Notes: generated by a model from the sequence alone, not told the origin. 32,000 nt of DNA from Bigelowiella natans nucleomorph (GCA_000002455.1 DQ158857.1:90001-122000); one strand, 5' to 3'. Shown: positions 10,402 through 22,341, counted from the first letter of the stretch. Numbers and translations are program-made.

Positions 10402-13023
10402 ATGATAAAGAGTTTTACTCAAACTAAGATCCATTTATTCAATATAAAAAAGGATTTTACAAATTTAAGACTAGATCTTAAAAGCTATGCAAAAAAAACA
10501 AATAAAAATAATAAATACGTATTAAAGAAAAAATCTTACAGGAAAAATTTTGATTTTGATTTTTATAACGATTCATTAGGACTTTTAAAAAAGAACAATT
10601 ACAAACATCAAAAAGACAGATATGTAGATTTTTTTAAATCTATTCTCTTCTCAGAAGATTATTTTAAGTTAGAAGAAAAAAAGCTATTACTGACTATTTT
10701 ATTAAACTTTTCCGATTTTTCAAATAGCAATAAGAAATTTATTCTATCTTTAAAACTAGATAAAACATCAAAAGAATTAGGATCCCTTAACCTTAAAGAT
10801 TATTTTCTTAAATCACTACGATACGACAAAATTTTTGATACTCTATTACAAGAAAATTACTCAATAAGTAAGAAATCCAATCATGATCCTGAATTTTCTA
10901 ATAGAAATTATAAAACTAAATCTGATTCTTTTTATCAAGGAATACTTGTCATTGTAAACGCTTATTCAAATTTTTACAATTTTTATTCAAAAGATGACTT
11001 AGAATACTTTTCATACTATCTATTGAAAGAATTTTTATCATATTTAGACTTTAATAAAAAATATGATACAACTAACTGGGATCCTAAAAATGAAAATTTG
11101 GATCTTAAAAACTTACTAGCTTTCGTTGAGTTCTTTTTATATATAAAATTCAAATACATGGATAACAACTCAATAAAAGTTAATCCAGAACCCTCACCTA
11201 TCACTATACACATCTTTAAACCTTTACTAACACAATATTTGGTTAATTCTTTTAAAAAATGGTATTTCAACTATCAATACTTTCATTATTTAATGGCTTT
11301 TAGTCAAGTATTTGTGAAACTGGAATATAATCATTTTAAGAATGAATTTGAAAAAGATCTTCAATTAAATGAAAATAACTTATCTATGAGAGGCAATTTT
11401 GACTCATATCTAGAATTAGATTCAATTACAAAATCTCGAATGAAGAACTATTTTTTTGACAAAGAATTTAACAATTTACACGATCTAAATTTACCTTATG
11501 CTAAACAATTTTTATACAATATGTACATACAAGAAAATTCATCACATGCTTTGAATTATTATTCATATATTTCTACAATTTCAAAGTTTAAATTTAATAG
11601 ATCCTTAACTAAAGATAACATTTCTCTAAACTTAATTAGAAAATTATATAGAAAAATGGTATTTCTGAAAATGAAAAATAATATTGAACGAATAAAATAT
11701 GTATATAAACTAGCCTTCCTACTGAATTTATATAGTATAAAAAACTGTAACATTTCAAATCTTTGCGAATTCTATACAAACTTTTTGGATTTTACTGATA
11801 GATATAATTATTCTTTAAACCATAACTTGTTGGAAAAACAGTTTTCTCAGTTTTTCAACTCTTTTGAAAAAATATTTCATATTTTCTTCAGTATAAAATC
11901 TACATTTTCAAAACAAAGACTAAACTCTTTTTATACCTCTACTGGTAATATACTAGTAAAAAAAAATTCATGTCTTAAAAATAAAAGGAAATATAATTTT
12001 CATACATTTAATAGCAATAAAATCAACCACCTCAGGGTAAGCTTACCAAGAAAGACATTCAAGAAAAATGTTATTAATGAAAGTGATCGCTTTTTCGATA
12101 TTCACTCCAAAAAATCTAAAGAAAATATAGAATTCGTGAGGGATACTTATTTAAAAAAATACCCTAAACACCTAAACTCTAAATGTATATTACAAGCTCT
12201 TACTGTCTTAGGTAATTACGATACTTTATTCATACCAGAAAACAATACTGATAACAAAACTAAGCTAAATAAAAATATCCTAAGAATAAATAGAACCTTT
12301 ATGGCTGGAACCTACGGAATTTTTAAGAACATCCATAAGAGAAGTATGTATGATAATTATAATTTTGTTAAAACTAACTATTTCCATCTTGTATTAGATT
12401 ATCAGAACTTATTAAGAAATAAAACTTTGGAAAAAAGATTATACCTTGACTATAATGTTTCATATAATTATTTTTTTCTCAACTATTTTAAGATTTTAGT
12501 CAAAAGTTCTAATTCGACTTCCAGCTTATATTCACTAGCTCTTATCACTTTCGTATTGTTTAAAAAATACAAAATTTTATGGCATTTGCCATTAAAAAAT
12601 TATTTGTTTTTTCGAATGAAATATTTAGAATACAGTGGTTTCGAACTAGACGAAATTTCAAATCCTGATTATTACTGTTTTGACAAGTTTATTAGGAATA
12701 GTATTAACGCAAGGGATAAGTCTATCGTAAATTATTATTTATCAAAAGAAACTATCACCATAATTTTAAAAATAAGTTTGGTTCTTTTCTATGTCAGTAA
12801 AAGAAAAAATAGATCTTTAAGATATCTTTTAGCATTTATTAATATTAGTAGCAATTCGAATGTAAAACTAAGTAATATAACGAATAGTCGAAAAAAATTA
12901 TTATATCTCCTAAATGTGTATTTTAGAAAAATAAATAAAAAAAATATCAATAGAATAAAATCTATCATAAAAGTATTAAATCTCAGCAAAGAAGAAACTA
13001 AGTATATTTTAAGTAATAAATAA
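10402..13023 (+). CDS. Large intronless hypothetical protein (873 aa, K/N/F/Y/L-rich), possibly plastid-targeted
   Basis: 2.6-kb uninterrupted ORF in DNA where stops are frequent. Basic, hydroxylated N-terminus. No motif recognised. Confidence 0.75.
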   Translation: MIKSFTQTKIHLFNIKKDFTNLRLDLKSYAKKTNKNNKYVLKKKSYRKNFDFDFYNDSLGLLKKNNYKHQKDRYVDFFKSILFSEDYFKLEEKKLLLTILLNFSDFSNSNKKFILSLKLDKTSKELGSLNLKDYFLKSLRYDKIFDTLLQENYSISKKSNHDPEFSNRNYKTKSDSFYQGILVIVNAYSNFYNFYSKDDLEYFSYYLLKEFLSYLDFNKKYDTTNWDPKNENLDLKNLLAFVEFFLYIKFKYMDNNSIKVNPEPSPITIHIFKPLLTQYLVNSFKKWYFNYQYFHYLMAFSQVFVKLEYNHFKNEFEKDLQLNENNLSMRGNFDSYLELDSITKSRMKNYFFDKEFNNLHDLNLPYAKQFLYNMYIQENSSHALNYYSYISTISKFKFNRSLTKDNISLNLIRKLYRKMVFLKMKNNIERIKYVYKLAFLLNLYSIKNCNISNLCEFYTNFLDFTDRYNYSLNHNLLEKQFSQFFNSFEKIFHIFFSIKSTFSKQRLNSFYTSTGNILVKKNSCLKNKRKYNFHTFNSNKINHLRVSLPRKTFKKNVINESDRFFDIHSKKSKENIEFVRDTYLKKYPKHLNSKCILQALTVLGNYDTLFIPENNTDNKTKLNKNILRINRTFMAGTYGIFKNIHKRSMYDNYNFVKTNYFHLVLDYQNLLRNKTLEKRLYLDYNVSYNYFFLNYFKILVKSSNSTSSLYSLALITFVLFKKYKILWHLPLKNYLFFRMKYLEYSGFELDEISNPDYYCFDKFIRNSINARDKSIVNYYLSKETITIILKISLVLFYVSKRKNRSLRYLLAFINISSNSNVKLSNITNSRKKLLYLLNVYFRKINKKNINRIKSIIKVLNLSKEETKYILSNK

Positions 13024-13206
13024 ATATTTTTTAATTATACATAACGATTAAAGTATAAATATGAACGCAAAGAAAACCTATTAAAAAACCTTCTCTTTCC
13101 AGTACTAATAACAGCAATCAATTGGTGTAATTTCAATATTCATAAAAATGGTAATCTATAGTGGCACAAATTTTATTAACTACATTTTAATTTTGATTAA
13201 ACTATT

Positions 13207-15906
13207 ATGATAATGAAAATAAAAAGTGTTTCAAAGCTAAATCTTCATGGAACAATAAATGAAAGATATATAAGAGCAAAAAATAAAAATATTCAGAAGA
13301 ATATTAAATATAATCTAAAAAAAAATCATATTTCAATGCTTTGGAATAAAAACTATTCTATCGTAAATGACAGAAGTACCATATGCCATGTAACAATAGA
13401 TCCTAGTAAATTCAGCGAAGATTTAACAAATATTTTAGCACTAGCACAAATGGAAGCTGCTGCTAGAAGTACTTTCAAAATCACAGGACCTTTTATACTA
13501 CTTGGCATTTTAATGGCTCGTGGTAGCACAACAGGTTATGCTATGCTCAAAACTTGGAAAGTAAATTACTTGAAGGCAAGAATAGAAGCCGATAAGATAA
13601 GATCAGATTTGACCAATCTATTTGGAGAGTTACCCGAAACATATAGTTTTGATGATGAGGCTCATCGTATTCTGGATTATGCAGAAAGATACGCAAACTT
13701 TTTCGGATTGGTACAAATTGAAACTATACATGTTGTCATGGCAATGTTTAGATATAAAAGAAGTAACGCATATAGAATTATTGAAACAATAACACCAAAT
13801 TTTGAATCATTGGAAGAAATAGTAGATAATATAAGGCCTAACATCTCTTTAAAAAGAGACAGTAAAGGATTTATTTATCAAGCACAAAAATCAGAACTAC
13901 CTGAATTAGACCCTGAATCTGAAGATATTATTGATACATTTGGAGTAGATTTAACCGAGAAAGCCGAATTCGGCGAAGGAGATCCAGTTATAGGAAGAAA
14001 AAAAGAAATTGATAGATTGATCAGAGTCCTTGCAAGAAAGTCTAAAAATAATCCTTGCTTAGTTGGTGACCCAGGAGTAGGTAAAACAGCCATTGCCGAA
14101 GGTCTTGCTTATAGAATATGGAATGACGAAGTTCCAGAATTTTTAAAAAATAAAAGGATCATCAATTTGGAGCTAACTAAAATTGTTGCTGGATCCAAAT
14201 ATCGAGGTGATTTCGAGTCCAGAATTTTATCAATAATAGAAATGGCTAGATTCGAAGATAGTGTTATTTTATTTATTGACGAAATCCATACAATAATGGG
14301 GGCCGGATCCAGTGAAGGTACATTAGATGCAGCTAATATGCTCAAACCTCCTCTTTCTAGAGGTGAAATATCATTGATCGGTGCAACTACTGAAGAGGAA
14401 TTTAGAAAATATATAAAAGCTGATGGAGCGCTAGAAAGAAGATTCCAAGCTGTTAAAGTACCAGAACCTACAATATCAGAAGCCATTCAAATACTACACG
14501 GAATTAAAAAAAATTTCGGAAATTATCATGGAGTAGTTTATAGTGATGAAGCAATAGAAGCTTGTGTAAAATTTTCTAAACAATACATCTCCGATAAATT
14601 TTTACCTGATAAAGCCATTGATTTATTGGATGAATCAGGAGCATTCGTAAAAATGAAAGAAGGATATGCAATAAAAAATATAGAAGATTATACATTCTTA
14701 ATAAAATCATACAGGGAAACTAAGAAAGCTGTGGTTGAAAAAGATATTCAAAAGTTAAAAGCAACACTCATTACAGAGATCAAAGCACTAAAAAAAGTCG
14801 AACAGGTACTACAAAAAATAAAACTTAGCCAAGAAGCAATAAAAAGAGATATAAACAATATCAGAGTAGTAAAAGTTCCTGACGTAGAGACTGTGATCGA
14901 AGAAATGACCGGAGTTAAAATAAAAGAAGTATCCAAATCAGAATCTGAAAATCTATTAAACCTTGAGTCAATCTTACATAAAAGCGTAATTGGACAAGAG
15001 GAGGCTGTTACAGCTGTATCCAAAGCAATGAGAAAATCAAGAGTTGGATTAAGAGATCCTAAAAGACCTATTGCTTCTTTCATTTTTGCTGGCCCTACTG
15101 GGGTAGGAAAAACAGAACTTGCCAAAACTCTATCTAGAGTTTACTTTGATTCTGAAGATGCAATGATTCGATTTGATATGAGTGATTTTGCTGAAAAGCA
15201 TAATGTATCTAAATTAATAGGATCACCTCCGGGCTATATAGGGTATTCAGACGGCGGCCAATTGACAGAAGCTGTTAGAAAAACTCCTCACTCATTGGTA
15301 CTTTTCGATGAACTAGAAAAGGCTCATCCAGATGTTTATCTACCTTTATTACAAGTTCTTGATGATGGTAGGTTAGCAGATTCTAAAGGAAAAATAGTAG
15401 ATTTTAAAAATACAATAATTATACTAACATCAAATTTAGGTGCTAAAGAAGTAGAAGCTCGAAGAAAAGCGATCAAACAGTCATCTGAAACTGAGGATAT
15501 ATCAGAAAAAGAATCTTTTTCAATTTACAATGCCGCTATAGCAGAGTACTTTAGGCCAGAATTTCTAAACAGAATCGACGAAATTATTATATTTAAACGT
15601 TTAACTCAATCACAAGTCTATGAAATTTTTGCTATATTCATGAACTCTGTAAAACATCGAGCAGCAAAGCTCGGTATTACAATCCAAGAAACAGAAAGAT
15701 TGAGACAACTAGTTACAGAAGCAGGATATACGCCAGCTTTTGGTGCTAGACCTCTAAAAAGAACTATATCAAGATTGATAGAAAGTCCATTATCAGAAAT
15801 GATTTTATCAAATGAAGTTGTTTCAGGAGATACTGTTTTATTAGATTACTACAATAAGAAAGTAACTTTCATAAAAGTCGATAAGAGCATTCTTAAATTT
15901 GATTAA
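13207..15906 (+). CDS. clpC: ClpC/Hsp100 AAA+ chaperone with an N-terminal transit-peptide-like extension
   Basis: Clp N-domain, NBD1 (GDPGVGKT, LFIDEIH, GSKYRGDFE), short middle domain, NBD2 (GPTGVGKT, GSPPGYIGY, LFDELEKAH, FRPEFLNRIDE, FGARPLKR). Confidence 0.95.
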   Translation: MIMKIKSVSKLNLHGTINERYIRAKNKNIQKNIKYNLKKNHISMLWNKNYSIVNDRSTICHVTIDPSKFSEDLTNILALAQMEAAARSTFKITGPFILLGILMARGSTTGYAMLKTWKVNYLKARIEADKIRSDLTNLFGELPETYSFDDEAHRILDYAERYANFFGLVQIETIHVVMAMFRYKRSNAYRIIETITPNFESLEEIVDNIRPNISLKRDSKGFIYQAQKSELPELDPESEDIIDTFGVDLTEKAEFGEGDPVIGRKKEIDRLIRVLARKSKNNPCLVGDPGVGKTAIAEGLAYRIWNDEVPEFLKNKRIINLELTKIVAGSKYRGDFESRILSIIEMARFEDSVILFIDEIHTIMGAGSSEGTLDAANMLKPPLSRGEISLIGATTEEEFRKYIKADGALERRFQAVKVPEPTISEAIQILHGIKKNFGNYHGVVYSDEAIEACVKFSKQYISDKFLPDKAIDLLDESGAFVKMKEGYAIKNIEDYTFLIKSYRETKKAVVEKDIQKLKATLITEIKALKKVEQVLQKIKLSQEAIKRDINNIRVVKVPDVETVIEEMTGVKIKEVSKSESENLLNLESILHKSVIGQEEAVTAVSKAMRKSRVGLRDPKRPIASFIFAGPTGVGKTELAKTLSRVYFDSEDAMIRFDMSDFAEKHNVSKLIGSPPGYIGYSDGGQLTEAVRKTPHSLVLFDELEKAHPDVYLPLLQVLDDGRLADSKGKIVDFKNTIIILTSNLGAKEVEARRKAIKQSSETEDISEKESFSIYNAAIAEYFRPEFLNRIDEIIIFKRLTQSQVYEIFAIFMNSVKHRAAKLGITIQETERLRQLVTEAGYTPAFGARPLKRTISRLIESPLSEMILSNEVVSGDTVLLDYYNKKVTFIKVDKSILKFD

Positions 15907-15986
15907 TAGTTTTGTAATGATATTTTTATTAACTTAATAATCTAGATTTTTGTTCTTCAATCCTTATATTTATTTAATTATAGTCT

Positions 15987-18344
15987 ATGGTTGACACTAA
16001 ATCAGATCATATTAAAAAAGTACGATTCCTTCATAAAAAACTTCACATTTATAAAGGCATTCCGAAATTTATACAATCATATAATTATTCTAAAAATAAT
16101 TTTTCGAAACCAGAGCTTCATCGAAACAAAAGATATCAAGAAATTTATAAGATATTAACATATCACAAAAATTGTCTTTCTCTATTAAGATTAAAAATGA
16201 AATATTTTCTAAAAAATAGTACTTTTAGTCAACAAATTTTTAGATCAAGAAATTTAATTTTGAATGTCAATAATAACAAAAAAAAAGATGAAGAATGTAA
16301 GAACATACTTTCTGCTAACGATCTACCGGTAAAAAAAAATGAAAAAAATATAATTAAAGTTTAAAAAAGTATTAAAGATAATTAAAAATAGTGATATAAT
16401 CTTAGTTATCGGAGAAACGGGTAGTGGTAAAACAACACAAATCCCACAAATAATTTACAAAAACTTTCAACACAAATTTAATAAGATTTTTTGTATGGAA
16501 CCGCGTCGAATTGCAGCTATAAACGCAGCAACTAGAGTAGCAGATGAAATGCATTTTATATTAGGTGACAAAGTAATTAAAGAAGAATAGATTGGATACA
16601 AAATTAGATATGAAAATATGACAAACAAGAATACAAACTTAAAATTCGTTACAAATGGAATGTTCTTAAGAGAGTCAAGTATAGTCTCATACAATTTATT
16701 TAATATTTGGTATATTATAGATGAAGTACATGAAAGATCAATCGAAGTTGACATTATCTTAGGAATTACCAAATTTAAATATCAACAAGGTTGTAAAATT
16801 ATCATAATGTCTGCAACTTTAGAAATTAATAAATTTTTGAGCTACTTTAAATCCTTGACTTATATTCATATAAAAGGTATAATTTATCCTGTATTCATAC
16901 AAGTTCACATAAAAATTACTTAGTGGATTAAAAAAACTAAAGAAGATGCTTTTACCATGATAATAAAAATAGTTTCAAAAATCTATCATATAAAAAAAAA
17001 AGGGCATCTTTTAATATTTTTATCGGGACAAGAAGAAATTGAGTTATTACGAAAAATTCTTCTCAACTATTTGTCCGAGGTAAAATAAAAAGTCAAAGAA
17101 TAATATTAAGAATTTTATTTTACTTCCATTCTATACCCGAATTAGCCAATGTTATAAAAATATTGTTTTAAAAGATGTTAGCGACAATTTGCAAAAGTGC
17201 ATTTTATCCACCAATATTGCTGAAACATCAATTACAATTAAAAATGTTAGATTTGTCATAGATCTAGGTATACATAAAGCCAAACAATATTATCCTAATT
17301 TATTATCTTCTAGTTTACAGGTTTAATAAGAAATTAAAGCTAAATGTCATTAGTAAGTCTTCTGCAATTCAACGAACAGGGAGAGCTGGCCGTACTCATG
17401 ATGGAATTTGCTTTAGACTTTATACGAAAAGATTTTACCAGAATATAATGAAAATATCCCAGATTCCCGAAATAAAAAGACTGTCTTTAAACGAAGTAAT
17501 CATAACAATTAAGGTTAATGTTTTTTTTAAAGAACTTAAAATTAAATAGTTTTCAATTTTTTGAAAATCCTAATTTACTTAATCTACAGAGCTCATTATA
17601 TCATCTTTGGTTAATAGATCTATTAGATTCCAATGGAGATCTAACGAAAGATGGACTATTCTCTATAGAATTAGGTATGCCTTCTGTTTTTTCTAAACTT
17701 ATATTGAATTCCATCAGAATGAAATGTTCCGATAAAGTAATTTAATATTTAATAGTGCTTAACTTTAATAGGAATTCTATCTAATTACTCTACAATAAAC
17801 ATAACAAAGTCTTTTCTTCTAAAAGAATTTCTTCACGAAAAGAATCAATTTATATTGAGAGCAGAACTATTAATTAAAATGGAAGTTTTTTACAGATGGA
17901 AATTCTCTAATTTTTCAGTCAGCTGGGCTATAAAAAATGGCCAAGATTTAAAATCTTTGATGAATATTAGAAAAGTTTACTAAAAGTTATTAGATTCGAA
18001 AGCACCTAAAATACCAATTACTTAAATGTAATCTAAAACTTAACACTTCGATGTTTTATACTACAAGTTTGTTAAAATCCATAACTTCTATTTATTTCAT
18101 GAATACATCCATTCTCGTAAAAGATAATATCTACATGACACTAATAAGCGGTATTAGAGGATACTTCGACTCTTCAAAACAATCTATTCAAAAAGGATGT
18201 AAACCAAAATTATTATTATTCTGTGAACTACTAATAAATGATAGAATACGGTTCTTAAACACTATAGGAATAAAAATACATTGGATACTAAAATACGGGA
18301 ATAAAGTATTCCGTACGAAACTTAACAATCAAAATAATTTATAA
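15987..18344 (+). CDS. prp16: Spliceosomal DEAH-box helicase, Prp16-like
   Basis: GETGSGKTTQ, PRRIAA, LGDK|IGYKIRYE (18-nt intron 16573-16590), DEVHERS, MSATL, FLSGQEEI, STNIAETSITI, QRTGRAGR. SSLYHLWLIDLLD resembles Prp16 NSMYQLWILGALD. Confidence 0.85.
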
Positions 18345-18410
18345 TCATAAAAATATTAAGTAATAAATAAATATATTGCTTAGAAATAGTTTCTACTTAA
18401 TATTCATTAT

Positions 18411-18991
18411 TCATAGGTTAAAATTAACAGGCTTCATAAAAATCGAATTTAAAAGAATTATATCGAAAGATGTTCCGTTGTTAGACGAGTATTCGTAATA
18501 GTTTTTCAGCTTACCAATCCCCAAAAATATAGAATTAAAATTAAAAATAAAAAAAATGTTAATACTTCTGTCAAAATAGGTTAGTAATGAAACGTATTTT
18601 GAGTTAATACGATTTCTAAAAATATCTTTCTTAGAAAAACAGTTTTTTAACCATAAACGATTTACAGAGAATTTTGATAGAAAATCTAAAAAAAAGAAAT
18701 TAATTTTCACTTTAACTTTTGAAAAACCATAATACAGTTTTCCTAGCTTTATTCCTAGAGATAAAATTTTTGAATGAGAAAACTTTTCTTTCTTAAATTA
18801 CTTCATTTATTTCAGACAATATAACTTTATTGAAAATAAAAATATCGTTTTTTATTATTCTTAAAGTGTTCGATTTAAAAAGCAATTTAAAAAAAGTATT
18901 TAATCTTAAGCCTAATATTTTATAAAGATTTTTTACTATTAAATGAATTTCCTATTTTTTAATACAATACTAATTTCGTCAATACTCTCAT
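18411..18991 (-). CDS. nip7: 60S ribosome biogenesis factor Nip7 (PUA domain)
   Basis: Spliced MRVLTKL|EIHLIVKNLYKILG...ILSLGIKLGK...FLDFLSKFSVNRLWLK...FNSIFLGIG matches Nip7 MRPLTEEE..KYIG...SLGTCFGK...LDYLAPYAKYKVWIK...PLGFG. Two 19-nt introns. Confidence 0.8.
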
Positions 18992-19023
18992 TAATTTCTT
19001 GCTACTCAGTTAACAAATTTACA

Positions 19024-19357
19024 ATGACTACTGCTCACAGATCGACTATTATTCCCAGTCAAAATAGTAGCTCTTCTAATATATTTACTGATTTTTATAT
19101 AAAAAAGAGTCTGAGTAGAAAAGATAAAATTATAAATAAAAGACTTATATACAAGTAAAATATTAAAATAAAGAAAGCTTAAATATCATGTAATCAATAC
19201 CAAAAATATCCGTACTTTTCAGGGACATATTGCTGTAGATAGTGCTTTTAAATTTGAACAAGTATACGTAAAATAAAAGTTTAATAACCTAAAGAAACGT
19301 CTGAGACTAGAGCTATTAAAGGTTATGGCAAGAAAAAATAAAAGTATTAATAACTAA
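19024..19357 (+). CDS. cwc15: Cwc15-like splicing factor, reduced
   Basis: Begins MTTAHRSTIIP (Cwc15 N-terminus MTTA(H/A)RPT). A 19-nt intron near 19155 and an 18-nt intron at 19262-19279 give about 100 aa. Confidence 0.6.
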
Positions 19358-19659
19358 AATCTACTCTTGAATTTGTGTCTTCATTAGATTTTATAATTAA
19401 ACTAAATTTTTCACGATCTACTCTTAATTACTTAGAATTGTTTCAATATTTATAATAATCAGTTTGGCTATCGCTAATATTTATAAAAGAACCTATCATA
19501 ATTAATTATAATTTAATAATCAATTTTTAATATCTATTAATAAGATCATTGGTTCCCACTTTACTATTTTATCAATAATCTAAGAATATACTATGCAAGT
19601 TAATCAAATAAATTTACTCCTTAAAAAATTAATTACTTTAATACAATAATTAATGCTTT

Positions 19660-22312
19660 ATGGTAACATATATAAAAGAAAACACTTCATCAAAGGTACT
19701 CTTTAAATTTAATAGCTTAAATCATTAAATAATCTACTATTCTTTATTGATAAAGTAGAAAAATAAACAATTAGATTAAAAAAAACTTAGTATATTATAA
19801 AGCTTTCAAAAATATACTTTTTTTAATTTCAGGAAACTTGATTATTACACTTGAGCTATCACAGTCATCTTTAAGCTATACACAATCTCTAGAGTTAATA
19901 AAAATAAATAAACTAAATATTAAAAAACATCACAAGAATTTTAATTATATCGTAGTTCAAAGCAAAATTGACTCAATTGTATATTATGTAAATACAGACC
20001 ATGCAGTATTATTAGAATACAATAGAAAAAGTATTTTTTTAAAAAAAAAATCATCTGCACTGCTGTTTCTAAAAAAAAAAAAATAACCTTTTATTTGGGT
20101 TTGCAAAAGTTTCAGTTAATCAGTTTTGACCCAACAAATGGAAAAATCAATTATAGTATAAATACGAAGTAATCCATTTGAGATTAGTTCTGAAATTATA
20201 GAAATTTCGCATTCTAATAACTATAATCTGCTTATATTATTAACAAGGAAAGGAATTTTCATAATAAATGAAAAATTTAAGGAGACTCAAGAAATTTTTA
20301 CCATAAGACATCGGCATCTAGACAATAGTATTTTTCATAAAAAACTATCGTTAAACAAAATAAAAGTTCTACAAAAAAGTATTTTATTTTTATGAAGAAT
20401 ATAATATTTATAATTTGTGTATAGGAACTAATCTAGGGCATCTCGTTATCCTATACTTAGATAACTTTACGAATAAAACTATTATAAAAAAATGCTTTTA
20501 CGAATCCATTAGAACTTTAGATATTTTAAACAACAAATTATATTTAACTATTAGCTTCAATTTAACTTATAAAATATGGAAATTAATATCATATAGTACT
20601 GATATTAAACTAATTTCCAATATTATAAATCCTAACCGAGGCTTAATAATGACAAGGTTCAATAAACTTTTTAGATTTCTCAATAAAGAAAACACATTGA
20701 TAGTTTTAGATTATAAAAACAAACTTAGAATATTAAAAGATTATAATTTTAATTTCTGTCAATTTAAACTCCAGGTATCATAAAAATATTAAAGATTAAG
20801 TATTTCAAAGTTAGAAAAAATAAATTATTAAAAAAAATGATGCGCATTGTAATAAGTAGTTGTGCATTATGCTACTCTACGCAACATAATTATCACCGCG
20901 TCTCTTTCTTATTTGGAAAGATTCCTATACTATTTTTTATTAATTCGTCATACAATGATGTTTTTTTTACCCTCTTAAAACAAAGTAAAACAATAATCTC
21001 AAAAAAAAAACTATTTTATGGATGTTTACATTATTCAAAATCAAGAAACTTTTTATTTCTCTGTAATAATAACCTAGAAATTTTAAAGTTTTATTATGTG
21101 AAAAAGATTTAACTGCCAGTCTTATACTTTCAGTGGTAGATTTATATCAAAAAATATATTAAATAAACTGAAAAATACAACTCTTCCGATTTCTTTAGAA
21201 TCTGACCATAGAGATCAGTCCTTATACAGTATTCACTTCGATAAAATGATAATAATATGGAATATCGAAAATTATGAATGCAGGATTATTTTAAAAGTTT
21301 TTATCGTTTAACCAGATTAATAGTTCATTAACTTTTGGATCAATTACTACGAGACGAAAATCGCTAAATATAGCACTTGAAAATACTAGCGTTCTCGAAT
21401 TAAAACAATATAAAATGCTCTTATTTAATTTCAGTGACATTGATATAATTATTGGAATCAAATACTTATCATCTATGAAGATTATTGTAATCTTTTCGAT
21501 AGATGAAACAGTGAAAATTTACTCTTTTCGAGGTTTCTTTTTACTAGTAAATCAATTTTAAAGTAGGAGTTATACAAAGAAGTAAATTTTTACAATAACT
21601 TTTTCTCATGGCACACGGATGTGATAAAAAAATGTTTTATCAAGAAAGTTACCCACGTATGTAACAATAATTTCGAATCGGTAAAGAAAAAAAATTACCA
21701 AAACATATCATTCATATCGAAAGAAAATAAAAAGCATTATTCTTTTTTTGAAAACTATCTCATGAAATTGTTTCAGTTCAGAGTCTATAAAAGTGATTTT
21801 CTTAATTTATTCAATAAAAGATTTATTAAAAGTATTTTAATCTTTAAAGTAAACCTAAATAGCAATGAAAGTGTATTTAATTTGTTATTTGGAATTCATA
21901 GCGCTAAAAAATTTATTAACGAAAAAAGATTTTTGTATATCAATCAAAAAAATATAGATTATACGAAAAAGCTTCTATCAATTCTAATTATAAATAAAAA
22001 TATTTTCATCAAAAATTATATTAAAGAAATATATTCGATGATTGTATTATTTTAAGTTAATAGAAAGTTAGTCAAAGCGTGACTATAAAAAAAATTAAAC
22101 TTTTTCTAATTTACACTTTATTTAACATCAAGAAAAACTCAAACTTAATTGAAATAATGATACTTTTTATGTCAATAAATTGTTATATTAAAACAATTAT
22201 TAAAAATAATACTTTAATAACATACATTTGGAATACTGTAAAAAAGCTATTAAACGAGAAAATACATTTTGTTATAGGAAAACTATTATTATTAAAATGT
22301 ACTATAAATTAA
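19660..22312 (+). CDS. Large divergent WD40-repeat protein, possibly a U3/SSU-processome Utp; multi-intron
   Basis: Successive same-strand exons with WD-like ends (TISFNLTYKIWKL, FDKMIIIWNI, SIDETVKIYSF) and a helical C-terminal region. Boundaries approximate. Confidence 0.55.
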
Positions 22313-22341
22313 TTAAATAAATTATTCAAATATAGTTAAGT

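Noticed and set aside
11016-12989. Minus-strand ORFs 11016-11270, 11559-11753 and 12789-12989
   Set aside because: Short antisense shadows within the 873-aa ORF, with no motifs.
13878-15125. Minus-strand ORFs 13878-14093, 14109-14486 and 14748-15125
   Set aside because: Antisense shadows of conserved clpC.
3441-15906. Bacterial origin or contamination suggested by Omp85 and ClpC
   Set aside because: They are embedded among eukaryotic intron-containing genes with the same composition, and ClpC has a targeting-like extension.
18943-19023. N-terminal signal-like extension of ORF 18943-19158
   Set aside because: It overlaps the first exon of nip7 on the other strand, and the conserved Cwc15 start is MTTAHR at 19024.
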